DNA from: Zootoca vivipara
Taxonomy: Eukaryota
Assembly (NCBI RefSeq): GCF_963506605.1
Contig: NC_083288.1
Span: 42,966,001-43,030,000 of the forward strand
Direction of reading: 5' to 3'
Length of the DNA: 64,000 bases
Positions 51,159-63,984 of the stretch are shown here, piece by piece. Position 1 is the stretch's first letter. Every line of letters begins with the position of its first letter. The position numbers and the translations under genes were made by a program. The notes under the pieces are model-generated. The model worked only from the letters and a program-made list of their open reading frames with translations, was not told where the DNA came from and searched no databases.

Positions 51159-53317
51159 CTTAGATTTGACAAATGTAGTGGCATAATTATCTGCCACCTT
51201 GAGTGGATATGAAGATACCCCTCCTTAGGAGCTATCCTATGTTTATTCATTATTTCACCCCCACATCCAACAGCCAAACAACATACAGTGGTACCTCTAC
51301 TCATGAATTTAATGCGTTCCGAACGCACATTCGCAAGTCAAAAAAAATTGTAAGTCGAATCCCATAGGGATGCATTGGGAGAAAAAATTGGTAAGTCGAA
51401 GCAACCCTATCTAAAAATTTGTAAGTAGAAAAAATCCTATCTAAACAGCATCCAAGATGGCGGACGGAGCTCCGTTCGTAAGTAGAAACATTCGTAGGTG
51501 GAGTTATTCGTAAGTAGAGGTACCACTGTATAGCATACACAAGAATGTAAGCTTTGCCCTTCCATTCTGAATGCCACAGATTTGCCATTTATTTGCTGAA
51601 TGCAACATTTCAAACAATAAATAAAAGTTATTCAGAGCCCAGGATTTGTGGGAAGTTTATTTTGTCTGCCTACATGCAAATGGGCCATATCGTTTGACTA
51701 GTTGCTATGTGGAGATTCAAAGCTCCCAACTGCAGAAAACACTTTGAGCTGTATCTGACTGCTTCATCCCATGAGCGCAAGCTTTTCTGCTTGTACAATG
51801 GATTTTATCCCGTCTCCTTACCCTGTGTGGGCCTCATATCCATCCAATCTTGGCTCCAGAATGTTGGGGGAGGGGGAACCTAGAAGGGATTTAGAGTTCA
51901 CATGGGGGAGGGGGAAATCAAATCTTTTACAAAAGGCAATGAGAAAAAGTTCCAGAACAGGCTTCCAGAGGCCACTTGCTGGTCACACATGGGGCCAGAG
52001 GCAAAAGAGTGAGCAGCAAAAAAAAATTAGTTTTGCATCTGCATAGTACACAAGTATGTGCACACACTCACAAGTCAAGTAAGGGGAATTATCGGAGTTG
52101 AAGGACACATTCCGGTGAGGCAAAATATATCCGGGTGTGGAGCTGGCTAGTAAGGGGTTTCACCTGGGGGGAATTCCAAATATCAGCATAATATTCAGCT
52201 CCCAGATCTGGAATTCCCAAGCCCTGTTCCCAAGCTAGAAAGGTCTGCACTCAGCACCCTGTCTAGCTCTACTGATGAGTGCATTTCATCTAGCAAAGCT
52301 TTTCATCTTGTGTTATTCCCCAGAACGGATTGTTTGTCGGTATAGCTTGGGTTTAATGCTCCGGCTTGTATGATGCTGTATCTACACCATCTATTACAGC
52401 CACCATATAGTCAGCAGGGTGTTGTGGTTAGAACAGTGGTTCTTTCTACTGTTTCCAAGAGGTGAAATGCTATTAATGTAATTTGGCTATATTTATTACA
52501 CTAAAATGTTGCTTTTTCTATGTTGTTACATTTGCTATTCTGTTGTTCTTTTATTCTGAAATTGTTCTTGACACTGTTGACTTTGAGATGTGTTCCTGTA
52601 TTCTTGTTGTTAGCTACTTGGAGGAAGATTCTTTCAGTGGAAGTGCAGTGTACAAATAAAATTATGAATGAATGATTGAACTGTACTTTCAGTCTTTCCA
52701 GGACAGATGTTAAGCTAACCAGTCTATAATTCCTAGGGCCTTAAGGTCCATTGAAGGCAAACTCATCTTAAGTGAACTTGGAAGTTTCTGCAGTACAGCC
52801 CTGGGCAGGGAATGAATAGTCCCTGGCAGACATTATAAGATGGGCAACATCTGCAATGGGAAGAGGTGGACAGTCAGCTGGGATGACGAGTTGCTTCTTG
52901 CTCTCTGGGTATCTCATTAAAAATCAAGAGAAGTCCTACAGAGAAGATGCAGGAGCAAAAAGTTAATAAAGGACCCACAACGGAGACGAGGGAAGTCCAT
53001 GGGGATCCATGGAATACCTTTTATGGGGGAGGGGGTTGTTTGAGGTTTTTTTGTAGATTTGAAAGTTTGAAAAAAAATAGTTTTATTAAAAAACACAACA
53101 AAAGCAAATGAACAGAAGTCAGGAGAAACTTAGGGTGGGTTTTCAACGACATTTAACTCTTTCCACACATATTTTTTCAAGGGGAATTCTGACATCATCA
53201 TATTAATCTGTCAGTTTGTTAATACCAATGAGACCTGCACAGACCAAGCTGAGTAACTTCACTTTCAAGTGTCATGCATCTAGCATAGTATTTGCTCAAT
53301 GGTCCCTGGTTGTGCAA
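51159..53317 (+). repeat. Segmental duplication copy A (upstream of V2R-D)
   Basis: Colinear with 61452..64000 apart from copy-specific insertions. Confidence 0.92.
51286..51528. mobile_element. Tigger-like MITE specific to duplication copy A
   Basis: TA|CAGTGGTACCTCTACT ... AGTAGAGGTACCACTG|TA; empty site at ~61578..61583. Confidence 0.9.
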
Positions 53318-53747
53318 AGCTGTGAATATAAATACCATCTGGTCCTAACTATGATAGTTACATCCACCTAGTTTCCTGCTACATTATCTGGGACTCTTAA
53401 TTCCCATAACACAATCAAATGATCACACGAGCCGGATGATTGCAGCCGTCACATCTAAGTGCCTGTAAATCTCAATGATATTATTATCCTCTCTGTAATT
53501 ATGAAATTAAGCATGGAAGCTTCGTTTCCACATATCAACGAGCTTCAAATATGAGCTGCATTATTATCAATGAAGATAGGAGGGTGCTGTGAATATTGCC
53601 TGTACAATTCCAAGGTGTAACAAGAGATAGCCAGGGCTTGGTCAGGCTAATAACAGATGCTTTACACTGCACAATCTGACTCACAAATCAATGTAGTGTT
53701 GACTTAAGTTAGGCTACCCAACGCAGCAAAGGATTTACTGAAAGAGA

Positions 53748-54010
53748 ATGTGGGGACAGGAGAATTTAGGCAGAAGAGGAATTGTTTCATGCAAGATAGT
53801 TGGATTTGTCCTATTGCTACCAGTGCTTCTACTTCAGGGGATGTGCAAGATTCCTAACACCTGGAGCACATGCAGTCCCCTACCTTTTCTTCACAAGTAT
53901 TACCAGCCAGGAGACCTCATCGTTGCTGGTATTATGTCTCAGATCTCCATATTTTTCAACCCAATAGACTTTGATAAATGTCCTTCTAATGACCTCTTTG
54001 ATGACATTGT
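53748..54010 (+). CDS. V2R-D exon 1
   Basis: MWGQ...[12 protein letters not shown]...[11 protein letters not shown]; donor GT|gtaaga. Confidence 0.88.
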
Positions 54011-56786
54011 GTAAGATTTGTTTTGTAAAAACCTCTGGTACCATATATTTGTTATATTAATTTTCTCTAGGAGTGCCAGGCCCATAGTTCAATATTAGAT
54101 GCAGTGAATGAGAGAAGTAGGACATATTCCTTTGCCCAATAATGGCATCATCCCTGTAGCTAAACCATATAGTCATCATCTGTTATCTTTTTAGTTGTGT
54201 CAGGCATGAATCTAATATTGGCTTAAGGGGTTTCAGGACTGCAATACCTCAAAACTGCCAGGCCCCATATGAACTAACCCAGACCAAGCAATCATAATCT
54301 GAGGCCTTTCTTTGTGTGTCTCCCTCACAAGAGGTTCAGGGCCTTTTTCTGCAGTGGCTCCCCATTTGTAGAATACTCTGCTAAGGGAGGCTCACCTGGT
54401 GCCTTTGTTACATTTCTTTAGGTGCCTTATGTATTTTTGTACTTTTATGTTGTAAAAAGCCCTGGGATCCTTCTGTGAACACTAGTATAGAAACACGAGT
54501 ATATATACCTGAATTGAGATTGATCAGAATTATAGTATTGGTTCAGCTGAGGTGTAGCAATTGTCCAATGCAGAAGGAAATCAACGTCTTACAGCATGTA
54601 ACTATCCTTTCAGGGTTATGACACAGCTCTACCAACATATCCTGGCATTAGTATTTGCTGTAAAAGAGATCAATGCAAACGTCCAAATCTTACCCAACCT
54701 CACCCTGGGCTTCCACATCTACAACAGCCATTTTAGTCAAAGCTGGACCTATCGTGCTGCCTTGGAACTCCTCTCTACGTACAGCAGATTCATCCCCAAC
54801 TACAAGTGTGACACCCAGAATTATCTAGCAGCAGTCATTGGAGGTTCACACTCTGAGGTTTGTCTTCATATGGCAAATATACTGAGCAACTACAAGATTC
54901 CACAGGTAACACTCTCGCAGAGCACGTCTCCTGATGCAAAAGTACCCAGACCATTCAGTCTTCTTTTCAGGCAAAAGTGTCGATGAAAAGTTGCCCCTTC
55001 GCAACTGTTAGTATGTCGATCCTTTCTCCGTTCTTTTTCATTTGATATCCCCCCTTGTTGCTTAATATAGAATGTTATTAACTGTCATGGAAAAAATGTT
55101 GAGGAGATGGATATATATCTTAATACAAATAATTGAAATAAGCTGGCTGAGGGGCTACAGATAGGTGACCTTCAGATGTTATTGAAATCCAACTTTCATC
55201 AGCCCCAGCCAGCAAGGGCAATGTGCTCATAGATTATGGGGAGTTCTTATCCTACAATGGAATATGGTGGAAGCCCTTTTATGCCAGCGTAATGTAAGAC
55301 ATGACACTACCAAAAAAGGTAACTGAGAATAATTTCTTGAGTAGATTGCCACAACCCTCGACCATCATATACTATGTGCTACTACAAATTCAATGGTGAG
55401 AACACTCTTCTACCTTTAGTGGATTGCTCAGTGTATCTGTGCCTTTGAATTATTTAAGTGTGAGGAAAAAGCAACAAGCTTCCATGTCAGCAGCACTCCC
55501 CCAAAACAAAATCTGAAATCTAGATTGTATTTTAACTGCAGTCAATACAAGTTAACATAGAAAACTATTGCATTATTAAAGAAAATTTCTCTTCTCCTCA
55601 TTTCCTGTCTTTAATTTAGCTCGTATATGGTCCCGTTCCAATGAGAAATATTAAAACTGAAGTCGCTTTCTATAACCAAATGTTCCCAAATATAGACCAT
55701 CAATATGAAGGGATTCTGAAGTTACTGCTACATTTCAGGTGGCTATGGACTGGTGTGATGATTGCGGATAATGAGAATGGAGAGAGGTTTCTACAGAGTG
55801 TGGTTCCAAAATTTATTCTGAGAGGAATCTGCTTTGATTTCATAGGAAGATTTCCATCCATTTCTTATTCTAGTGGTATTGCGGACTTGGTTGCAGATGG
55901 GCTCAAGACATTTAATGTTGCCATGAGAAGTACTGATAATGTGTTGATCATTCATGGGGAAATTGATTCCATGACACTTTTGAGAATGTCTCCTGATATT
56001 TCAGAATATGAAGATATACCAATAAAGGCTCAAGGTAAAGTTTGGGTCATGACGCTTCAGATGGATTTCACATCACTTCCCTTTCAGAGAGATCAGGACA
56101 TAGACTTCCTCCATGGTTCTCTATCCTTCACCATTCACTCAAAGGAAGTCTTGGGATTCATGGAATTTGTTCAGATGAGAAATCCCATTTTGGAAAAAGA
56201 AGATGGCTTTATGAGGCTATATTGGGAAAAGGCATTTCAGTGTCATTTCATTGACTCTGAGGAAAATATGCAGGATGGAGATATTTGCACTGGGGAGGAG
56301 AAGCTGGAGGCTCTTCCTGGCTCTATTTTTGAAACAAGCATGACTGGCCACAGCTATAGCATCTACAATGCCGTCTATGCTGTGGCACATGCCATGCATG
56401 TCATCCATTCATCTAAATTCAAGCGCAGAGTGAATGAAGGGCGGCTGAAGCTTTGGAATCAACAGATGTGGAAGGTAATATCATGAGCACAAGAATGCAG
56501 GAATGCTGACCATAGCCCTGGGAATAGTAATAGAAATAAAGAATCCAGAGTGTTTGAAAAGTTTATGTTTCTACCAAGGGTGGTTAGCATGTAAACACCA
56601 AATTACATGTGACATTGAAAACATACTGTAGCTCACTGTCTGTTCTACATCTGCCAAGAGAAGATGCTCGGGATCTCACTCAGGACTGCGACTGACTCAT
56701 ACTGAATGGGGTTAGGTCTTTCATCTCACTAATAGGGGATTACACCAGGATTTTCCATTTAATACCAAATGGCAGCATTTCAGGAG

Positions 56787-56865
<79 letters not shown>

Positions 56866-59800
56866 GCTCTTCATGAAAATAGCTTATTAAAAAACCCCCT
56901 AAGTGAAATTAAATGCCCATATGTATGTAGAGAAAGGGAATATACAGGAGGTAATTGTTCTGCGTTCACTTAAGGCCATAAGAAGATCCTGCTGTACCAG
57001 GACATTGGCCCATCTCTTCCAGCATCCATTTTCGTCAAAAGAAAATGATGGTGATGTAGTGCTAAATGACTTCTATTACATCCATTACTGGTCTTTATGA
57101 ATCTTTTGAAGGGCCCATTGCTCATATCCCTCAAGCAGGAAGGTTCATCATCATCCTGTTATATTTTCTTATGTAATACCCTTCGTTTCCCATCTTTCCT
57201 CCTGCCCAATTTAGCTTAGCCACCTGGTGAGAAATAGCTTCTTTAATAATTGTGCTGGGGGTGGGGTGGGGAGTTTATTTCAACCAAAATGGTCCACAAG
57301 ACACCTGGGCAAAGTTCAACATTCATGAGGATGCCATTGTATGGCCCAGAAGGTTCAACCAGGTTTGACTCCAGAAACATTTTTGCAGGCCATTTTGCCA
57401 GTCTTCAAGAAGTGTCATGGTAATACTTCTGTCTCTAGTCCTAAGGCTACTTTGGCCACCTCATGAGAAGAGAAGACTCCCTGGAAAAGACCCTGATGTT
57501 GGGAAAAATGGAGGGAACAAGGAGAAGGGGACGACAGAGGACATGATGGTTGGACAGTGTTCTCGAAGCTACCAACATGAGTCTGACCAAACTGCGGGAG
57601 GCAGTGGAAGACAGGAGTGCCTGGCGTGCTCTGGTCCATGGGGTCACACGACTAAACGAATAAACAACAACCAAGTCCTAAGGCAGGGATGGGGAAACTT
57701 CAGCCCTCCAGATGTTTCTGAACTGCAACACCCATATTCCCAGCAAGCATAGCCAATACCTGTAGGTCCCACAGCCTACAACTACAATGTCTACCTAGAA
57801 GTCTATGTGGTTGCACATGCTTTGCAGGCCATGCATCCATCTAGACTCAAAGGCAGAATGACAGTGGATGAAGACATAACATTTCAGAATGAGCAGTTGT
57901 GGACGGTAATGTCCCGAGCATGCTAAAAGTGGAGTAGAAATGGTGATGGATCAGTCCAAAGGTTTCCTAAGGCAACCAACTTGATACCTGTGGGAAGTAC
58001 TCAATCAGGGCATTATGGCAATAGGCCACTCCCAACAGTCTGGTGTTCAGAGGCACAGTGCCTCTTTTTCTGGAGCAAGTATAAAGTCTTTGTGGCTAAC
58101 AGCCATAGATATCCAATTTCTTCCACGACTTTGTCAAATCTCCACTGCTCACCAGATGCAAAGGAATAAAGAGAGAATCTAGATTCTCTGGGAAGTCCAA
58201 AAGGTGATAATGTTAAGCATGGAGCAGGATTTTTTTTCTGCTTCTGCCTTCCACCACATCACAGTTATGAATGTAGTAGTGGCTATACCATTCTGACCTG
58301 TTCCGTGGCTGCCCAGTCATTTCCTTCATTAGTACTACTGTTACATTTTATTATTGTAGTTTATTACTGTATCTGTTTATCGTATGTATCTCTCAATGCT
58401 CCTGCAATAAGCTCAAGGTGGCCTATAGTCCTCTTCCTCTTTCTGTATCCATTCTTCCTTTATATATAGCTTTAAAAAAGTTCAGTAATCAAGTGTGAAT
58501 GATCACCAGCCTTTTGTATATCCTTATGAATTGGCTTTCTTTTATTTTCTTTTATTTTCTACTCATTTTCCTGGAAAAAAAAACTATAACAGCTCAACCA
58601 CTTTGTTAAAAGCATCTCATTTAATAATAGTGGTGGGGGGAAAGTTTCCTTCAACCGAAATGGAGAGTTAGAGTCTGGATTTGATATTATAAACTGGGTT
58701 ACATTTCCAAACCAGTCCTTTCGCAGAGTGAAAGTTGGAAAGATCGACCCCATGGCTCCCCAAGAAGAAGCATTCAGCATTAGTGAAGAAGCCATTGTGT
58801 GGCCCAGCTGGTTTAACCAGGTGAGATAAATTCATATTTTGTAGCCTATCCATCACTTCTGCAATGATTTACACTTCAGATACTGACCTAGCTCTGTGCT
58901 ATGTTCATCCATGTGCTTAATGTAGGACTGAGGGCATGGCTGTAGAGATCTTCCATGTTTTGCCAATTAAGTGACATTCATTAAACCCACTATTGAACTA
59001 CTACTGCCAAATTTGCCATTTGGAAAAAAGTAAAACTTTATAAATTTACAGAGGGTCATATTCATGTAGGGGAAGGCAGCATAAGGATTCCTTCTATCAC
59101 AATGGGGCTTGTTGTTTCCTTTCCCTACCCAAATCTGTAAAATATGGCTCTCCTTTCCCTTGGACCACATCAGTGAGGTAGGCAAGGGTGTCTGTTTGAC
59201 TGGGTAACCCAGGAGCTAGACACACACTGCCCAGGTTTCGAACTGCTAATGCAGCAGTTCAACTTCTCCCCCAGAGGTGTATTACATTGGATGATAATAA
59301 CAACAACAGTTGCCTCCAACTGCGGAGAAAGAGCAAAATCATCATGGAAAGTAGCCATTGATTGCCCCTTCCTATTTGTCTCTTGTCTCTTCCACCCTAA
59401 ATGGAGATAGTTCAGCAAGTTAAAAGAATACAATACGCAATATTGCAAAATAGAAAACATTCTCCTCTTACATTTTTGGACAGGCACAACCCCTTTCTCT
59501 TTGTAATGCCAATTGTCCTTTGGGTTATCAGAAAACAAAGAAGGAAGGGAAACCATTTTGCTGCTATGATTGCATTACATGTCCAGAAGGAAAGATTTCC
59601 AACCAGACAGGTAAGAGCCTTAAAGATATACTGACACTAAGAAATTCAGACACTACTTCCCTTGTGGTGTTCAGTTGTTCAAAAATTCAGGAAAGTTGTT
59701 CAGAATTCAGTGAAGGTTGTGGTTCCTGATATGAGGATATAGCCTGATATTTTGAATAATTTCAGTCCAAGCCATTGACAGCTAGTAATGATGTACACCA

Positions 59801-61204
59801 AAAAAAGAAGAAGAAATGAAATGAAATGAATTACCACTCAGACGAAGGAGGTATCATAAGCTAAAAAAACAGAAACCTTCAGAAATATGAAAGAACTTAA
59901 GGGGAAAGCTAACAGTGCAGCAGCCTCTCTCTCTTAAAAACAAGACCCAAGAACCATGTTTCACATTTCAGAGAAGTGCTAAAACTGAAATACAACTGTG
60001 CTCCAGTCGACATAATGGTCTGAAAAGTTCAAATCGTGTTCGGATGTTTAAAAATGTGAACAAGTAAAATCTGCTAGAATCGTGACCGTAAGTGACAACA
60101 TTGAGCTTCAGGAGCTGAGTTAGGTCCTAAGATATGGGGGTGGGTGGGACATTAACCATTCCTGAATATGGCATTTTCCTAATAATATAATTACATGAGA
60201 AGTGTGTCAACCTGGCAGCCCTTATTTCAGGTTTTGTTGTTTTCATTTTGATCAATTTCGTATTATGCATATTTTGGTGCTCCTACACCTTTTCTTTTTC
60301 AGACATGGATGAATGCTTTCAGTGCCCACCAGATCATTACCCTACTGTGGAAAAGGATTCATGCTTGCCAAAGGACATACATTTCTTGTCTTATGGAGAA
60401 CCACTGGGGATCTCCTTGGCCTGCTTTGCTCTTTCTTTGTCCTTCCTTACAGCTTTGGTGCTTTGGATTTTCATAAGGCACCGGGACACTCCCATAGTCA
60501 AAGCCAACAACCGCAACCTCTCCTACACTCTCCTCATCTCCCTCTTGCTTGCCTTCCTTTGTGCTTTGCTATTCATCGGTCGACCTAAGAAAGTGACATG
60601 TCTCCTTCGACAAACAGCTTTTGGCATCATCTTTTCCGTGGCTGTTTCTTGCGTGTTGGCCAAGACAGTCATTGTGGTCCTTGCTTTCATGGTCACCAAA
60701 CCAGGGTCCAGCATGAGGAAATGGGTGGGGAAACAACAGGCCACTTCCATTATTCTTTCCTGTTCCTTGATTCAAGCTGCTCTTTGTACTGTTTGGCTGG
60801 CAAATTCTCCCCCATTCCCAGCTTTAGACATGCACTCAATGAGTAAAGAAATTGTTCTGGAATGTAATGAAGGCTCGGTCACCATGTTCTACTGTGTTTT
60901 GGGCTTTATGGGCTTGCTGGCCATTGTCAGCTTCTCTGTAGCCTTCCTAGCCAGGAAGTTACCTGACAGTTTTAATGAAGCCAAGTTTATTACCTTCAGC
61001 ATGCTGGTATTTTGCAGTGTGTGGCTGTCCTTTGTTCCAACATATTTAAGCACAAAAGGAAAATATATGGTGGCTGTGGAGATCTTCTCCATCTTGGCCT
61101 CCAGTGCTGGTTTACTAGGCTGTATATTTTCCCCAAAATGTTATATTATTGTAATGAAGCCAGAGCTGAACAGCAAGGAGCAGTTAAGAAGACGAAATCA
61201 GTGA
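53748..61204 (+). CDS. Vomeronasal type-2 receptor V2R-D, 6 exons, 888 aa
   Basis: Exons 53748..54010, 54614..54905, 55620..56474, 58593..58820, 59484..59610 and 60303..61204 sum to 2667 nt in frame. Confidence 0.93.
54614..54905 (+). CDS. V2R-D exon 2
   Basis: 292 nt; [15 protein letters not shown]...YKIPQ. Confidence 0.95.
55620..56474 (+). CDS. V2R-D exon 3
   Basis: 855 nt; LVYGPVP...MWK. Confidence 0.95.
56790..56862. repeat. (TC)n microsatellite
   Basis: Seen directly. Confidence 0.95.
57215..57905 (+). pseudogene. Relic exons in V2R-D intron 3: internally deleted exon 4 (57215..57362) and decayed 3' end of an exon 3 (57769..57905)
   Basis: cccaatttag|[15 protein letters not shown]...[17 protein letters not shown]|gt; then [35 protein letters not shown]|gtaatg. 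Confidence 0.85.
57448..57673 (+). mobile_element. BovB (RTE) 3' fragment in V2R-D intron 3
   Basis: 11-bp TSD AGTCCTAAGGC (57437..57447, 57674..57684); empty site in the paralog at ~31133..31143. Confidence 0.92.
58593..58820 (+). CDS. V2R-D exon 4
   Basis: 228 nt; [15 protein letters not shown]...WPSWFNQ; A-rich acceptor. Confidence 0.88.
59484..59610 (+). CDS. V2R-D exon 5
   Basis: 127 nt; [11 protein letters not shown]...[17 protein letters not shown]. Confidence 0.93.
60303..61204 (+). CDS. V2R-D exon 6 (7TM)
   Basis: ttttcag|AC; DMDECFQCP...QLRRRNQ*. Confidence 0.96.
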
Positions 61205-62760
61205 AGCATCTAAAATTCTATGGCCCTGGTCCATCTTAATTTGAATGCACGTAAAGGGATTTAAGCCAGCCACAACTGATTAGTTCAACTGGATTGCAGT
61301 TTAGATTACAGTTTCTCCCTTAATTCCCTCATTAGGCAGTACATATACATTGCAACATATGGATTGAATAGAGGAACCATCCTATGTTAATATAAACTCC
61401 CTACCCGAAGTCTGCCAACCAAACAAGATATGGGAGCCAAAAGCTTTCTTCCTTAGGTTTGACAAATGTAGTGGCATAATTATCTGCCACCTTGAGTGGA
61501 TATGAAGATACCCCTCCTTAGGAGCTATCCTATGTTAATTCATTATCCTCCCATCCCACATCCGACAGCCAATCAACATATAGCAAACACAAGCATGTAA
61601 ACTTTGCCCTTCCATTTTGAATGCCACAGATTTGCCTTTTATTTGCTGAATGCAACACTTCAAACAATCAATCAAAATTATACAGAGCCCAGGATTTGTG
61701 GAAAGTTTATTTTGTCTGTCTACATGCAAATGGGCCATATCGTTTGACTAGTTGCTCTGTGGAGAGTCAAAGCTCTGAACTCCAGAAAACTCCTGCCCCA
61801 ACACTTTGAGTTGTATCCGACTGCGTCATCCCATGAGTGCAAGCTTATCTGCTTGTACAATGGATTTTCTCCCCGTCCCCACCCTGTGTTGGCATCATAC
61901 CCATGCAATATCAGCTCCAGAGTGTCAGGGGACAACAGATTTAGAGTTCATATGGGGGAGTTAGAAATCAAACCTGTTACAAAAGGCAATGAGAAAAAGT
62001 TCCGGAACAGGCTTCCAGAGGCCACATGTGGGGCAAGAGGCAAAAGAGTGAGCAGCAAAAAATTTAAGTTTTGCCTTTGCATAGTACACAAGTATGTGCA
62101 CACACTCACAAGTCAAGTAAGGGGAATGATCGGAGTTCAAGGACACATTCCAGTGAGGCAAAATATATCCGGGTGTGGAGCTGGCTAGTAAGGGGTTTCA
62201 CGTGGGGGAAATTCCAAATATCAGCATAATATTCAGCTCCCAGATCTGGAATTCCCAAGCCCTGTTCCCAAGCTAGAAAGGTCTGCACTCAGCACCCTGT
62301 CTAGATCTACTGATGAGTGCATTTCATCTAGCAAAGCTTTTCATCTTGTGTTATTCCCCAGAACGGATTGTTTGTAGGTATAGTTTGGGTTTAATGCTCC
62401 GGCTTGTATGATGCTGTATCTACACCATCTATTACAGCCACCATATAGTCAGCAGGGTGTTGTGGTTAGATCAGTGGTTCTTTCTACTGTTTCCAAGAGG
62501 TGTAATGCTATTAATGTAACCTGGCTATATTTATTACACTAAAATGTTGCTTTTTCTATGTTGTTACATTTGCTATTCTGTTGTTCTTTTATTCTGATAT
62601 TGTTCTTGACACTGTTGATTTTGAGATGTGTTCCTGTATTCTTGTAGTTAGCTACTTGGAGGAAGATTCTTTCAGTGGAAGTGCAGTGTACAAATAAAAT
62701 TATGAATGAATGATTGAACTGTACTTTCAGTCTTTCCAGCACAGATGTTAAGCTAACCAA

Positions 62761-62919
62761 TTTGCTACCAAGGAGTGTGGTGGAGTCTCCTTCTTTGGAG
62801 GTCTTTAAGCAGAGGCTTGACAGGCATATGTCAAGAATGCTTTGATGGTGTTTCCTGCTTGGCAGGGGGTTGGACTGGATGACCCTTGTGGTCTCTTCCA
62901 ACTCTATGATTCTATGATT
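62761..62919 (+). mobile_element. CR1 3' fragment specific to duplication copy B
   Basis: (ATTCTATG)n tail; empty site GCTAACCAGTCTATAAT at ~52714..52730. Confidence 0.88.
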
Positions 62920-63511
62920 CAGTCTATAATTTCTAGGGCCTTAAAGTCGATTGAAGCCAAACTCATCTTAAGTGAACTTGGAAGTTTCTGCAGTACAGCC
63001 CTAGGCAGGGAATGAATAGTCTCTGGCAGAAATCATAAGATGGGCAACATCTGGCATTGGAAGATGTGGAGTGTCATCTGGGATGCCGAGTTGCTCCTTG
63101 CTCTCTGGGTATCTCATTACAAATGAACAGAAGTGCAACAGAGAAGATGCAGGAGAATAAAGTTAATAAATGAGCCACAAATGGGAGGAGGAAAGTATAT
63201 GGCAAATTATGGAATACTTTTTTGGGGGGGGGGTTGCTTGAGGATCGTCTGCAAATTTGAATATTTGAAAATAAATAACTTTATAAAGAATACAACAAAA
63301 AACAAATGAACAGAAGTCAGGACTGCAGAGAATACAAACTTAGGGTGGGTATTGAACTATATTTAGCTCACTCCACAAACATCATTTTTAAAGGGGATTT
63401 CTGGCATCATCATATTAATCTGTCAGTTTGTGAATACCAATGAGACCTGCACAGACCAAGCTGAGTAACTTCAGTTTCAAGTGTCATGAATCTAGCATGG
63501 CATTTGCTCAA

Positions 63512-63984
63512 TGTTGGGATTCTGGTGAACACAGAGAATCACTGGAACACAGAAACACTGGAGGCGTTCTGATTCTATGGGTGTCTGCCTACAAGTGATA
63601 CGTGCAATTTCCCTTGTTCTGAGTTCAGTTTTGATTTTGAGTCTGAGAGTCCGAGTATGAGTCTCTGCCGGAGAGGAATGTGTAGGAGAGAGTTCTAGAG
63701 ATAAGAGCTGCAAACATGCAGCTAGCTTCTGTTGGTTTTGCTGTTTTTTATTATTCTTCTGTCATAAAGTTGAGTTAGATTAGAAGCCACTGAGTTTAGT
63801 GTGTTTTATTGAAGACACAGACTGCCATTGTTCCAGCTGCGCTGCAACTCTGCTGGGTCTGAACAAGAAGAAGCTTTGCAGAGCGAGCTGGGGAGCGTGC
63901 TGGGCAGCCATTGAAGATTGGCTGTGTGGGTCTAAGGATTTATGACCCACTAATGAACTTTACAATACTACATTTACTACAACA
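63512..63984. mobile_element. 473-bp insertion with TGTTG...CAACA ends (probable solo LTR)
   Basis: Absent from copy A at ~53301; flanks resume colinearly. Confidence 0.6.
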
